The position numbers and the translations under genes are program-made. A model generated the notes under the pieces. That model was given only the letters and a program-made list of their open reading frames with translations. It made no database searches and was not told the DNA's origin. Below, piece after piece: positions 8,350 to 17,631 of a stretch of 64,000 nucleotides of DNA. The DNA comes from Gemmatimonadales bacterium (GTDB lineage Bacteria; Gemmatimonadota; Gemmatimonadetes; Gemmatimonadales; GWC2-71-9). Every line of letters begins with the position of its first letter. Position 1 is the stretch's first letter. The DNA lies in assembly GCA_036558125.1 (NCBI GenBank), contig DATBGE010000146.1, forward strand, positions 52,222 through 116,221. Direction: 5' to 3'.

Positions 8350-8531
8350 GATGGACCTAAATTATTATAACACAATAACTTAATACTTTGCATTCGGGGC
8401 AGATTCGGCCGGTTTTCCCTAGCACTCCGCAGCACTTCAGGGAGCTTTGCTAGCCACCAAAATACCCTGGTTCCTGCTCCCTTGGGGCCATTTCTTCTTT
8501 ACCTTTCCTTTTCCTCCAGCCCGCCAGTCTC

Positions 8532-10487
<1,956 letters not shown>

Positions 10488-10490
10488 GTG

Positions 10491-10550
10491 GAATGGCGGA
10501 ATGGCGGGGGGAATGGCGGAATGGCGGAATGGCGGAATGGCGGAATGGCG
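10491..10550. repeat. Tandem octamer array GAATGGCG (6 perfect copies plus 1 degenerate, with one GGGG interruption)
   Basis: Units lie at 10491, 10499, 10511, 10519, 10527 and 10535, with a degenerate GAAGGCAA at 10543. The array starts 3 nt after the acs stop. Confidence 0.95.
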
Positions 10551-10603
10551 GAAGGCAACCCAAATTCGATTCAGAAATGTTAAGTCAAGGAGCTCGTGTG
10601 TCG

Positions 10604-11053
10604 ATGCGATTCACTCGTGTAGCGATTCTCCTGGCAGTCTCGGCCATCGCCGTTACCGCCTTTTCCGCCGCTCCCGACTCTCCCGCCTTACCGGAAATGA
10701 CGGTTTACAAGAGTCCGACATGCGGTTGTTGCTCAAAGTGGGTTGACCATGTAAAGGCGGCAGGCTTCAAAGTAAGGACGATCGACCAAAGCGATTTGTC
10801 TGAGTTGAAGGCCGACTTGGGAGTGACTAAAGCGCTCTCCTCGTGCCATACCGCGCTGGTCGGAGGATACGTGATCGAGGGTCACGTTCCCGCGTCGGAC
10901 ATCCAGCGGCTGCTCAAGGAGCATCCGAAAATCGTCGGCCTCGCGGCTCCGGGAATGCCGGGGGCGGGACCGGGTATGGACACCAGCAAGGACCCTTACG
11001 ATGTCCTGGCGTTTGACGCGGCTGGGAAAACCACCGTGTGGGCCCATCATTAG
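10604..11053 (+). CDS. DUF411-family periplasmic metal-binding protein
   Basis: Signal peptide MRFTRVAILLAVSAIAVTAFSA, CGCC motif, and HTALVGGYVIEGHVP. AAGGAG at 10587-10592 is a likely SD. GTG 10598 is an alternative start. Confidence 0.75.
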   Translation: MRFTRVAILLAVSAIAVTAFSAAPDSPALPEMTVYKSPTCGCCSKWVDHVKAAGFKVRTIDQSDLSELKADLGVTKALSSCHTALVGGYVIEGHVPASDIQRLLKEHPKIVGLAAPGMPGAGPGMDTSKDPYDVLAFDAAGKTTVWAHH

Positions 11054-11102
11054 TCGCTGGTCGCTGAACAATTGCCAATTGAAAATTGCAAATTGACAAT
11101 TG
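11054..11102. repeat. Seven in-phase heptamers directly after a stop codon
   Basis: TCGCTGG TCGCTGA ACAATTG CCAATTG AAAATTG CAAATTG ACAATTG. The CAATTG core is self-complementary, so the array can fold back on itself. Confidence 0.9.
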
Positions 11103-11123
11103 AAAAACGGCCCTAGCTGACAG

Positions 11124-13049
11124 CTAGAACTGTATCTGCGCCCCCATCTCCACTACCCGATTAGGCGGCAGCCCGAAGAATGCCGTAGCGGTCTGGGCAT
11201 TCCGGCTCATCAAGACGAAAAGACGTTTGCGCCACATCGCCATCCGCTTCCGCGGTGGGGCGCCTTCTTCCGTCGTGGCGGCACGTGGCGCCACGGGGAT
11301 CAATGATTCCCGCCCCAGGTAAAACGTTGTTTCCAGTGGACGAACCGTCACTCCGCGCGACTGGATCAGCCGCAGCGCCGCGGGCACGTCCGGCGATTCC
11401 ATGAAGCCATAGTGGGCTCGCAGCGCGTAGAACTTCTGGCCTAGATCGGTGAACTCGAGCCGCTCCTCCTCCGGGACTTGGGGAATCTCCTCGGTCGTGA
11501 CCGAGAGCAGGATGACCTGCTGATGCAGGACCTTGTTGTGCTTGACGTGGTGCAGCAGCACCGGGGGAGCGCCGCCCGCGTTCGAGGTCATGAACACCGC
11601 GGTGCCTGGGACCCTGGTGGGAATGCGTTTCGCAACGTCTCCCAGAAAGAGATCCATGGGGAGCGAAATCTCCTCCATGATCTCGTTCAGGCGCCGGCGG
11701 CCCTGCTTCCAGGTGCTCATCAGCGTGTAGACGATCGCGGCGAGGACCAGCGGGAACCAACCGCCCTGCTCCACTTTAATCAGGTTCGCCGAGAGAAACG
11801 CGAGGTCAACGACCAGGAATAGCGTGGTCAGTGCTCCGCTCTGCAACCGGCTCCAACCCCACCGCTCCCGCGTGACTTTGTAGAAAAGCAGGGTCGTGAT
11901 CGTCATCGTCCCGGTCACCGCGATGCCGTAGGCCGAGGCGAGGTGGGACGAGGTCTTGAAGTTCGCGACCAGCGCGATGCAGGCCACCATCAGCCACCAG
12001 TTCACCTCCGGGATGTAGATCTGGCCCCGTTCGGTGTAAGAGGTGTGCTTGATGGTCACTCTCGGACAGTACCCCAGTTGAACTGCCTGTTGGGTAAGCG
12101 AAAACGCGCCGGAGATGAGGGCCTGGCTCGCGACAATCGCCGCGGTGGTTGCCACGACCACCATCGGATAGAGAACGGCCCGCGGCACCAGGCCGAAGAA
12201 CGGGTTGCTAGCGGCTTCCGGCTGGGTCAGCAGCAGCGCACCCTGTCCGAAGTAGTTGATCATGAGCGCCGGCAGGACGAGGCCGAACCAGGCAACGCGA
12301 ATCGGGCGCTTGCCGAAGTGCCCCATATCGGCATAGAGCGCTTCGCCACCGGTCACGACCAGGACGACCGCGCCGAGGATAAGGAATCCCTGAACCCCGT
12401 CGCGCAGGAAAAAGTCCACCGCGAACCACGGATTCATCGCCTTGAGCACCGAGGGATATCGGGCGATTCCTCCCAGGCCAAGCAGCGTGATCGAAATGAA
12501 CCACACGATCATGACGGGGCCGAAGACCCGTCCCACCCGCGTGGAGCCGTGGCCCTGGAACAGGAACAGCAGCACCAGGATCACGATCGCGATGACCCAG
12601 ACCACGTGATCCAGCGACGAAGTGGCAACCTTGAGTCCCTCCACCGCGCCCAGCACCGAGATGGCGGGTGTGATCACTCCATCGCCATACAACAAGGCGG
12701 CGCCGAACAGACCGATGGTGACGAGCACCCACCGACTGTGGCCTTCTCGCCGCGGGCGAATCAGCGCCAGAAGCGCCAGGATCCCCCCCTCGCCGCGGTT
12801 GTCGGCCTTCATGACGCAGAGGATGTACTTGAAGGAGATGATGAAATTGAGAGACCAGAAGATCAGCGAGAGGACGCCGAGGACATTGGCACTGGTCAGG
12901 GGAATGCTATGAGCCCCGGTGAAGCACTCCTTGATGGCGTATAGCGGGCTGGTGCCGATGTCGCCGTAGACGACTCCAAGCGCGGCGAGGGACAGCGCCG
13001 CGAGCCGTCCGCGGGCCGGCGTGCCGCCTGGCCCGGCGCCGTCGGTCAC
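11124..13049 (-). CDS. kup: KUP/HAK/KT potassium uptake transporter
   Basis: GDIGTSPLY motif, about 12 TM segments and a cytoplasmic C-terminal domain. GTG 13049 overlaps the upstream stop (GTGA). The track start at 13142 lies inside the VKOR gene. Confidence 0.9.
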   Translation of the reverse strand: MTDGAGPGGTPARGRLAALSLAALGVVYGDIGTSPLYAIKECFTGAHSIPLTSANVLGVLSLIFWSLNFIISFKYILCVMKADNRGEGGILALLALIRPRREGHSRWVLVTIGLFGAALLYGDGVITPAISVLGAVEGLKVATSSLDHVVWVIAIVILVLLFLFQGHGSTRVGRVFGPVMIVWFISITLLGLGGIARYPSVLKAMNPWFAVDFFLRDGVQGFLILGAVVLVVTGGEALYADMGHFGKRPIRVAWFGLVLPALMINYFGQGALLLTQPEAASNPFFGLVPRAVLYPMVVVATTAAIVASQALISGAFSLTQQAVQLGYCPRVTIKHTSYTERGQIYIPEVNWWLMVACIALVANFKTSSHLASAYGIAVTGTMTITTLLFYKVTRERWGWSRLQSGALTTLFLVVDLAFLSANLIKVEQGGWFPLVLAAIVYTLMSTWKQGRRRLNEIMEEISLPMDLFLGDVAKRIPTRVPGTAVFMTSNAGGAPPVLLHHVKHNKVLHQQVILLSVTTEEIPQVPEEERLEFTDLGQKFYALRAHYGFMESPDVPAALRLIQSRGVTVRPLETTFYLGRESLIPVAPRAATTEEGAPPRKRMAMWRKRLFVLMSRNAQTATAFFGLPPNRVVEMGAQIQF

Positions 13050-13483
13050 TGCGAAGGGGAACCAAGTGGAGCGGCCCGGCGGCGCCAGTCGAGCAGGGCC
13101 ACGATGAAGATCAACGTGATGATCACGGCCGAGCCCACGCACCAGCGGCAGATGGCCTTGATGACGAACAGCTCGATGTAGGTCAGGTAGAACGTGAAAG
13201 CCAATCCGATGCCGGAGCAGAGCAGGAGGAGGAGAGAGCTGAGCCGTGCAGCCGGTCGCCGAAGGGTTTCCATGCTCAGGATGAGAAGGAAGACATACCC
13301 CACGACACCGTAGAGCGCCACCTCCAAACCGAGAAAGCGACTGAACGGACTGGCCTGAACGGTTTCACACCCTCCCGTGCCGCAGGCGAGAGTCCCAATC
13401 TTGCCGATCTTGTACAAATACAGGTAAAGCGACACGAAGAAGCCGGCCAGGCTGAGCAGGGCCGCGGCCATCCGGTACTTCAT
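13046..13483 (-). CDS. Vitamin K epoxide reductase (VKOR) family membrane protein
   Basis: Loop Cys pair LACGTGGCETV and a CxxC motif (CRWC) within hydrophobic helices. Adjacent to a DsbA-like gene. Confidence 0.75.
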   Translation of the reverse strand: MKYRMAAALLSLAGFFVSLYLYLYKIGKIGTLACGTGGCETVQASPFSRFLGLEVALYGVVGYVFLLILSMETLRRPAARLSSLLLLLCSGIGLAFTFYLTYIELFVIKAICRWCVGSAVIITLIFIVALLDWRRRAAPLGSPSQ

Positions 13484-14166
13484 GGCTTGGCCGCGGGCGC
13501 CGGGCTCAACGAGTCTACCAGTTTCTTGATTTCATCATACGCCATCCGCCCCGGATAGAGCCGGCCGCCGATCAGGAAGGTGGGGGTCGACGTTACACCA
13601 ACCGCGACCCCTTCGCGCGAACTCGCTTCGATCCTCCCGGCGTATTTCTTGGACTCCATGCAGGCATCGTACTTCGCTACGTCGAGACCGATCGCCTTGG
13701 CGTAGTCTCGGAATATGCCCGCGGGATCACTCTTGGTGGTCCAATCCGGGGTCCAGGAATAAATCCGGTGGTGTTGCTCCCAGTACTTCCCCTGCTCGTC
13801 CGCACAGGCGGCGGAGTGGGCGGCGACCCTGGTATGCCGGTGAATCTGGTCCAGCGGAAAATCCCGGTAACGCCAGCGCACCCGGCCGGTCTGAATCAGG
13901 CGCTCCTCGACCGAAGGCATCTGCACGGTCTCGAAATCCTGACAGGCGGGGCACTGGTAGTCGGCGTATTCGGTGATCTCGATCGGCGCCGAGTCCGAAC
14001 CCAGGAAATAGCCGTGGAACCCCGCCGTGTCGGCCGGAAGCACCTGGACATTGGCGGGAATACTGATCGGCTTCCGCCCCATCACCAGGTAGCCGATCAC
14101 CGCCAGGCCCGCCACCGCCAGCACTCCCAGGATTGCGTAGAACCGTTTCATTTCCCCCGCCGCCAT
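13480..14166 (-). CDS. DsbA-family thiol:disulfide oxidoreductase (membrane-anchored)
   Basis: N-terminal TM anchor and thioredoxin-fold CPAC active site. Confidence 0.8.
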   Translation of the reverse strand: MAAGEMKRFYAILGVLAVAGLAVIGYLVMGRKPISIPANVQVLPADTAGFHGYFLGSDSAPIEITEYADYQCPACQDFETVQMPSVEERLIQTGRVRWRYRDFPLDQIHRHTRVAAHSAACADEQGKYWEQHHRIYSWTPDWTTKSDPAGIFRDYAKAIGLDVAKYDACMESKKYAGRIEASSREGVAVGVTSTPTFLIGGRLYPGRMAYDEIKKLVDSLSPAPAAKP

Positions 14167-14444
14167 GGTTGGTCGTCCTCCGGCTCGTCGAATGGGTTGC
14201 CGCCCCGTGCAGCCTCGTCCACGATCCGCCGGCTTTCGGCGATTTCGGGCGTGTCGTAGGTACTTCGCACTTCATAATGAAACAATTCGCTGCGAACGTC
14301 TCCCAACTGCTTCAATAGCTCCGGTACCGCGTCGAGCAGCCGATCGGAGCGATCGAGCTCTCCAATTCGTGCGGCGAGGGCCCGCAGCAACTCCAAGAGC
14401 TGCTTGCGGCGGGCGTCGCCGTACACCTCATCGTGCTCTGGCAT
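14148..14444 (-). CDS. Hypothetical acidic, helical small protein
   Basis: ATG 14444 (MPEHDEVYGD...). Overlaps the dsbA-like start by 19 nt. No motif recognised. Confidence 0.4.
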   Translation of the reverse strand: MPEHDEVYGDARRKQLLELLRALAARIGELDRSDRLLDAVPELLKQLGDVRSELFHYEVRSTYDTPEIAESRRIVDEAARGGNPFDEPEDDQPWRRGK

Positions 14445-14560
14445 GGCGAAGAATCTACAATGGCCGGTGGAACCAAGGGAGGAACCGGGAGTTTGCTCCG
14501 CCGCAGCAGTCAAGTTATATTCCCGTCGCACTTTAAGGCACCCAAAGGAGAGCACAAAGA

Positions 14561-14842
14561 ATGGCGAAGAGTAAGTCCGCTAAGCGGACCCCGGCCGCTC
14601 CCCGACCCTTCGAGCAAGCCCGGGATGAGTTGTTCAGTCATATCCTGCGTTGTGGAGTCCTGGAAGCTCTGCCGGAACATCAGAAGGAATGGTTCGACGA
14701 TACCATGCAATACCTCGCTGAGCGTTACAACGATCTCAGCGCGGAGGAGCTGGCTCAGGTTCGCACGCTCGGAGAGCGTTACGTGCAGCCGGTGATGGGA
14801 CGCGGCACGCCCAACGTTGAAGAGGAAGCCGCAGTCGAGTAG
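14561..14842 (+). CDS. Hypothetical protein (93 aa)
   Basis: ORF with a basic N-terminus (MAKSKSAKRTPAAPRP), followed by a clean terminator. No motif recognised. Confidence 0.45.
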   Translation: MAKSKSAKRTPAAPRPFEQARDELFSHILRCGVLEALPEHQKEWFDDTMQYLAERYNDLSAEELAQVRTLGERYVQPVMGRGTPNVEEEAAVE

Positions 14843-14866
14843 GAAACCACGAGCTATCAGTTTGGT

Positions 14867-14898
14867 GAGCCGCCCGCCCAGGGCGGCTCGATTGTTTT
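14867..14898. terminator. Intrinsic terminator between convergent genes
   Basis: GAGCCGCCC-gccca-GGGCGGCTC stem followed by GATTGTTTT. Confidence 0.8.
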
Positions 14899-15359
14899 CA
14901 GGGCAGGCGTCGCCAGCGATATCCCGCGGCGATCCGCAAACCGCCTCCGATGCCGGCCTCGAGTGCCCAACCGCTGCGGGCGCCGGGACGTGATTCAACA
15001 CCGACTCCGAGCACCATGTAGCCTTGCGTGTCGCCGGTGGACGCCAGATCGGCGACTGCAGCGCCGCCCAAAGCGTAGAAGCCGACGCCATGCTTCGCCC
15101 GTGGACTCAGGAGAAAGTGGGCGAGCAGCTCGCCGCGAAAGGCCGCGTCGCCGCCGGCGGTTCCCGCCGCGAGTGTAAGCGCAAGTCTGGCGCGCTCACC
15201 GGGGCGAACCGCTGCGTAGCCACCTCCCGCGACCAGATCGGGCGTGGCGAAGGTCGCCACCGCGTGCAGTCCGTATTCCACAGGACGCTGGGCCGCCAGC
15301 GGACGCCCGGGCAGCGCAGCGCACAACCCGGCCACGACGATCGTCGCGGTGCGGTTCAC
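14898..15359 (-). CDS. Hypothetical secreted Gly/Ala-rich protein (possibly a small beta-barrel)
   Basis: Signal peptide MNRTATIVVAGLCAALPGRPLAAQ, alternating hydrophobic pattern and an aromatic-rich C-terminus (AAGYRWRRLP). Confidence 0.5.
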   Translation of the reverse strand: MNRTATIVVAGLCAALPGRPLAAQRPVEYGLHAVATFATPDLVAGGGYAAVRPGERARLALTLAAGTAGGDAAFRGELLAHFLLSPRAKHGVGFYALGGAAVADLASTGDTQGYMVLGVGVESRPGARSGWALEAGIGGGLRIAAGYRWRRLP

Positions 15360-15362
15360 TAC

Positions 15363-15770
15363 CTACCCGAGGACGAGCTCGTAGGTGACCGGGATATCGG
15401 GAGCGAGACTGTGCAGCACGGAGCAGTACTTCTGGATCGAAAGGTCGATGGCGCGCCTCGCCTTCGTCTCATCCAGACCCTCACCGCTCATGTGATAGGT
15501 CAGGTGCAGATCGAGGTAGCGACGAGGTTCCTCATCACGTCGAGTGCCGGAAACGTCGATCTGAAGCCGGATCAGCTTGACTCGCATCTTCTCCAGAATC
15601 GCCACGATGTCGGCGCCGGTGCAGGAGCCGGCCGCCAGCAGCACCAGGGCCATGGGACTCGGGGCCGTGCGGTTGTCCGCGTCCATATGGACCGGAGGTG
15701 CGGTTCCGCTACCACCGTCGAACTCCATTCCCCGCTGCCAGGTCAGGCTCGCCTTGGTCTCTTTGGGCAT
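15363..15770 (-). CDS. OsmC-family peroxiredoxin-like protein
   Basis: 135 aa. OsmC-type Cys contexts (AAGSCTGADI and IQKYCSVLHSL). Confidence 0.8.
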   Translation of the reverse strand: MPKETKASLTWQRGMEFDGGSGTAPPVHMDADNRTAPSPMALVLLAAGSCTGADIVAILEKMRVKLIRLQIDVSGTRRDEEPRRYLDLHLTYHMSGEGLDETKARRAIDLSIQKYCSVLHSLAPDIPVTYELVLG

Positions 15771-15797
15771 GGTGCGCGGACCTCAGGATGGGAAGTG

Positions 15798-16373
15798 TCA
15801 CCCGCCGACAGGACGGCGGGCTCGAGTAGCGGCATGCTGATAATCCCAAATGGCATAGAGCGCGATCGCAGCCGTCGCCCAGGCCAGCGGGCGCACTAGC
15901 GAAGAATCGGTAAGCGCGGCGGCAAGCGTCAACATCTGCGCCAGGGTCACCGCCTTCCCGCCTAAACGTGCGGGGATCGAGGCCGGCTTGCCGCTGACCA
16001 ACGTGACCACAAAGGCGACGGTCGCTACGACATCCCGCGCCAGCACCCCAAGGATTTCGTACCAGGTGAGTCGTCCGGAGAAAAGCACCACGGCAAAGGC
16101 GGTAGCCATGAACAGCTTGTCCGCCACCGGATCGAGGAACGCTCCCAGCCTCGATGGACCGACCCGGCGCGCCACCGCACCGTCGAGCAGGTCGGTCAAT
16201 CCGGCGATCACCAGGATCACCAGCCGGTGATCGTCGTCCTTCGCCAGGACGAACCAAGCGGCGAGTGGGAGACGCAGCGCGGTGAGCACGTCGGCCGCGC
16301 CAAAACGCGGTGCCGCGACTTGCTCGGCTTCTGGGCGAGGACTACTTTCGGACATTCTCCCCACTCTCCCCAA
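15798..16373 (-). CDS. CDP-alcohol phosphatidyltransferase family protein
   Basis: Signature DLLDGAVARR...FLDPVADK (D-x2-DG-x2-AR...D-x3-D). Multi-TM protein. Confidence 0.85.
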   Translation of the reverse strand: MGRVGRMSESSPRPEAEQVAAPRFGAADVLTALRLPLAAWFVLAKDDDHRLVILVIAGLTDLLDGAVARRVGPSRLGAFLDPVADKLFMATAFAVVLFSGRLTWYEILGVLARDVVATVAFVVTLVSGKPASIPARLGGKAVTLAQMLTLAAALTDSSLVRPLAWATAAIALYAIWDYQHAATRARRPVGG

Positions 16374-16384
16374 GGCGAGGCGCG

Positions 16385-16843
16385 ATGGATCTCCAGCTCC
16401 TCAAGAAAACCGCCATTTTCGCGGACCTCGACGACGGGGAACTTGCCCGCGTGGCGGAAATTTGCAAAGAGCAGACGTTCAAATCGGGACAGCACATTTT
16501 CAAGGAAGGCGAACCAGGGAATCGCTTCTACTTGATCGTCTCGGGCGATGTCCGCATCAGTCGGAACATCCCAGGGAGCGGTGAAGAGGCGCTCGCGATC
16601 CTGCAGCCGGGCGCCTGTTTCGGAGAAATGGCGGTGTTCGACCGCTCCGAGCGCTCGACCGACGCCATCGCGAACGGCCCCGTCATCTTGATGACCATCA
16701 CTCGCCCCGATTTCGAGATTCTGCTCGATTTCAACCGCGACTTGGCCTACAAGATTCTCTGGTCGATGGTCCGGCTGCTCTCCTCCAGATTGCGGGTGAC
16801 CAACGATAACCTCCGCTCGCTCCTCGCCATTTCGATGTTCTGA
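16385..16843 (+). CDS. Cyclic-nucleotide-binding domain protein
   Basis: cNMP-binding pattern FKEGEPGNRFYLIVSGDV...GACFGEMAV. ATG 16385 is preferred; the track start at 16310 overlaps the divergent gene. Confidence 0.8.
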   Translation: MDLQLLKKTAIFADLDDGELARVAEICKEQTFKSGQHIFKEGEPGNRFYLIVSGDVRISRNIPGSGEEALAILQPGACFGEMAVFDRSERSTDAIANGPVILMTITRPDFEILLDFNRDLAYKILWSMVRLLSSRLRVTNDNLRSLLAISMF

Positions 16844-16870
16844 GGCGTTCGGCCGTCAGGATATCGCCTG

Positions 16871-17185
16871 ATGTCGAGCTTCTCGCATTCCTGTACCCAA
16901 CTCACCGGGATCATGGGCGCGCGTCTGGGAGATGCGGCCGCGCTGGCCGCGCTGGCCGCCGGTGCCGCGAGCGCCGCCGGACTCACCCCGTATGGCCCAC
17001 CCGTTCTGCATTCCGGGCCCAAAGGCACCGTCGTCGCCGTGCTCTGCCACGGCGGCCATCTGATTCTGCACGTCGAGCCCGAGGCCGGACGTTGCCTCGT
17101 GGACATCGTCGCTGCGACACCGAATGCCGCGTCCCGGGGAACCGATGCCCTGGCCCGGCGGCTCAATGCTGAAGGACATCACTGA
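16871..17185 (+). CDS. S-adenosylmethionine-decarboxylase-like small protein (apparently lacks the self-processing Ser)
   Basis: GHLILHVEPEAGRCLVDIV resembles the SHLTIHTxPE...D(V/I) core of SpeH-type AdoMetDC, but the ES-H cleavage site reads GG-H. Weak call. Confidence 0.35.
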   Translation: MSSFSHSCTQLTGIMGARLGDAAALAALAAGAASAAGLTPYGPPVLHSGPKGTVVAVLCHGGHLILHVEPEAGRCLVDIVAATPNAASRGTDALARRLNAEGHH

Positions 17186-17631
17186 TGCTTAAAGAAAGCC
17201 CCGACCACCACGATGCCGATCTCATTTTGAAGATCTACGATCTGCGGAGGGAAGCCATAATGCGGGAGTCGCGGGCGAAACTGCGCGTCGAATTCTGGCC
17301 CCGCAACGCCGAAGAAGCTATCGCGATCACGCGCCATGAGCACCCGCTCAATACCGCCTACCGGCAGGTATCAACCTACTGGGAGATGGTGTACGGAATG
17401 GCCCACCACGGCGTGATCCATCCGGACTTCCTGATCGACAACAATGCCGAAGGCCTCACCATCTTCGCGCGGATCGAGCCATATCTCGCCGAGATCCGGG
17501 CGGCCACTTCGCCCCGGTCTTTCCATCACACCGAGTGGGCAGCAGAGCACACCGAGATGGGGCAACGCCTGATGAGCATTTTCCGGCCCCGCGTGGCCCA
17601 TGAGCTGGCCGCTCGCAAGACTCGGCGCTAG
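17185..17631 (+). CDS. Hypothetical protein (148 aa)
   Basis: Start overlaps the upstream stop by 1 nt (TGATG). No motif recognised. Confidence 0.5.
   Translation: MLKESPDHHDADLILKIYDLRREAIMRESRAKLRVEFWPRNAEEAIAITRHEHPLNTAYRQVSTYWEMVYGMAHHGVIHPDFLIDNNAEGLTIFARIEPYLAEIRAATSPRSFHHTEWAAEHTEMGQRLMSIFRPRVAHELAARKTRR

Noticed and set aside
10493-10603. An N-terminal extension of the DUF411 ORF through the octamer array (MAEWRGEWRNGGMAEWRNGG...).
   Set aside because: The 8-nt repeat period shifts the frame at every unit. A signal peptide with an SD begins at 10598-10604. The extension is a consequence of calling the longest ORF.
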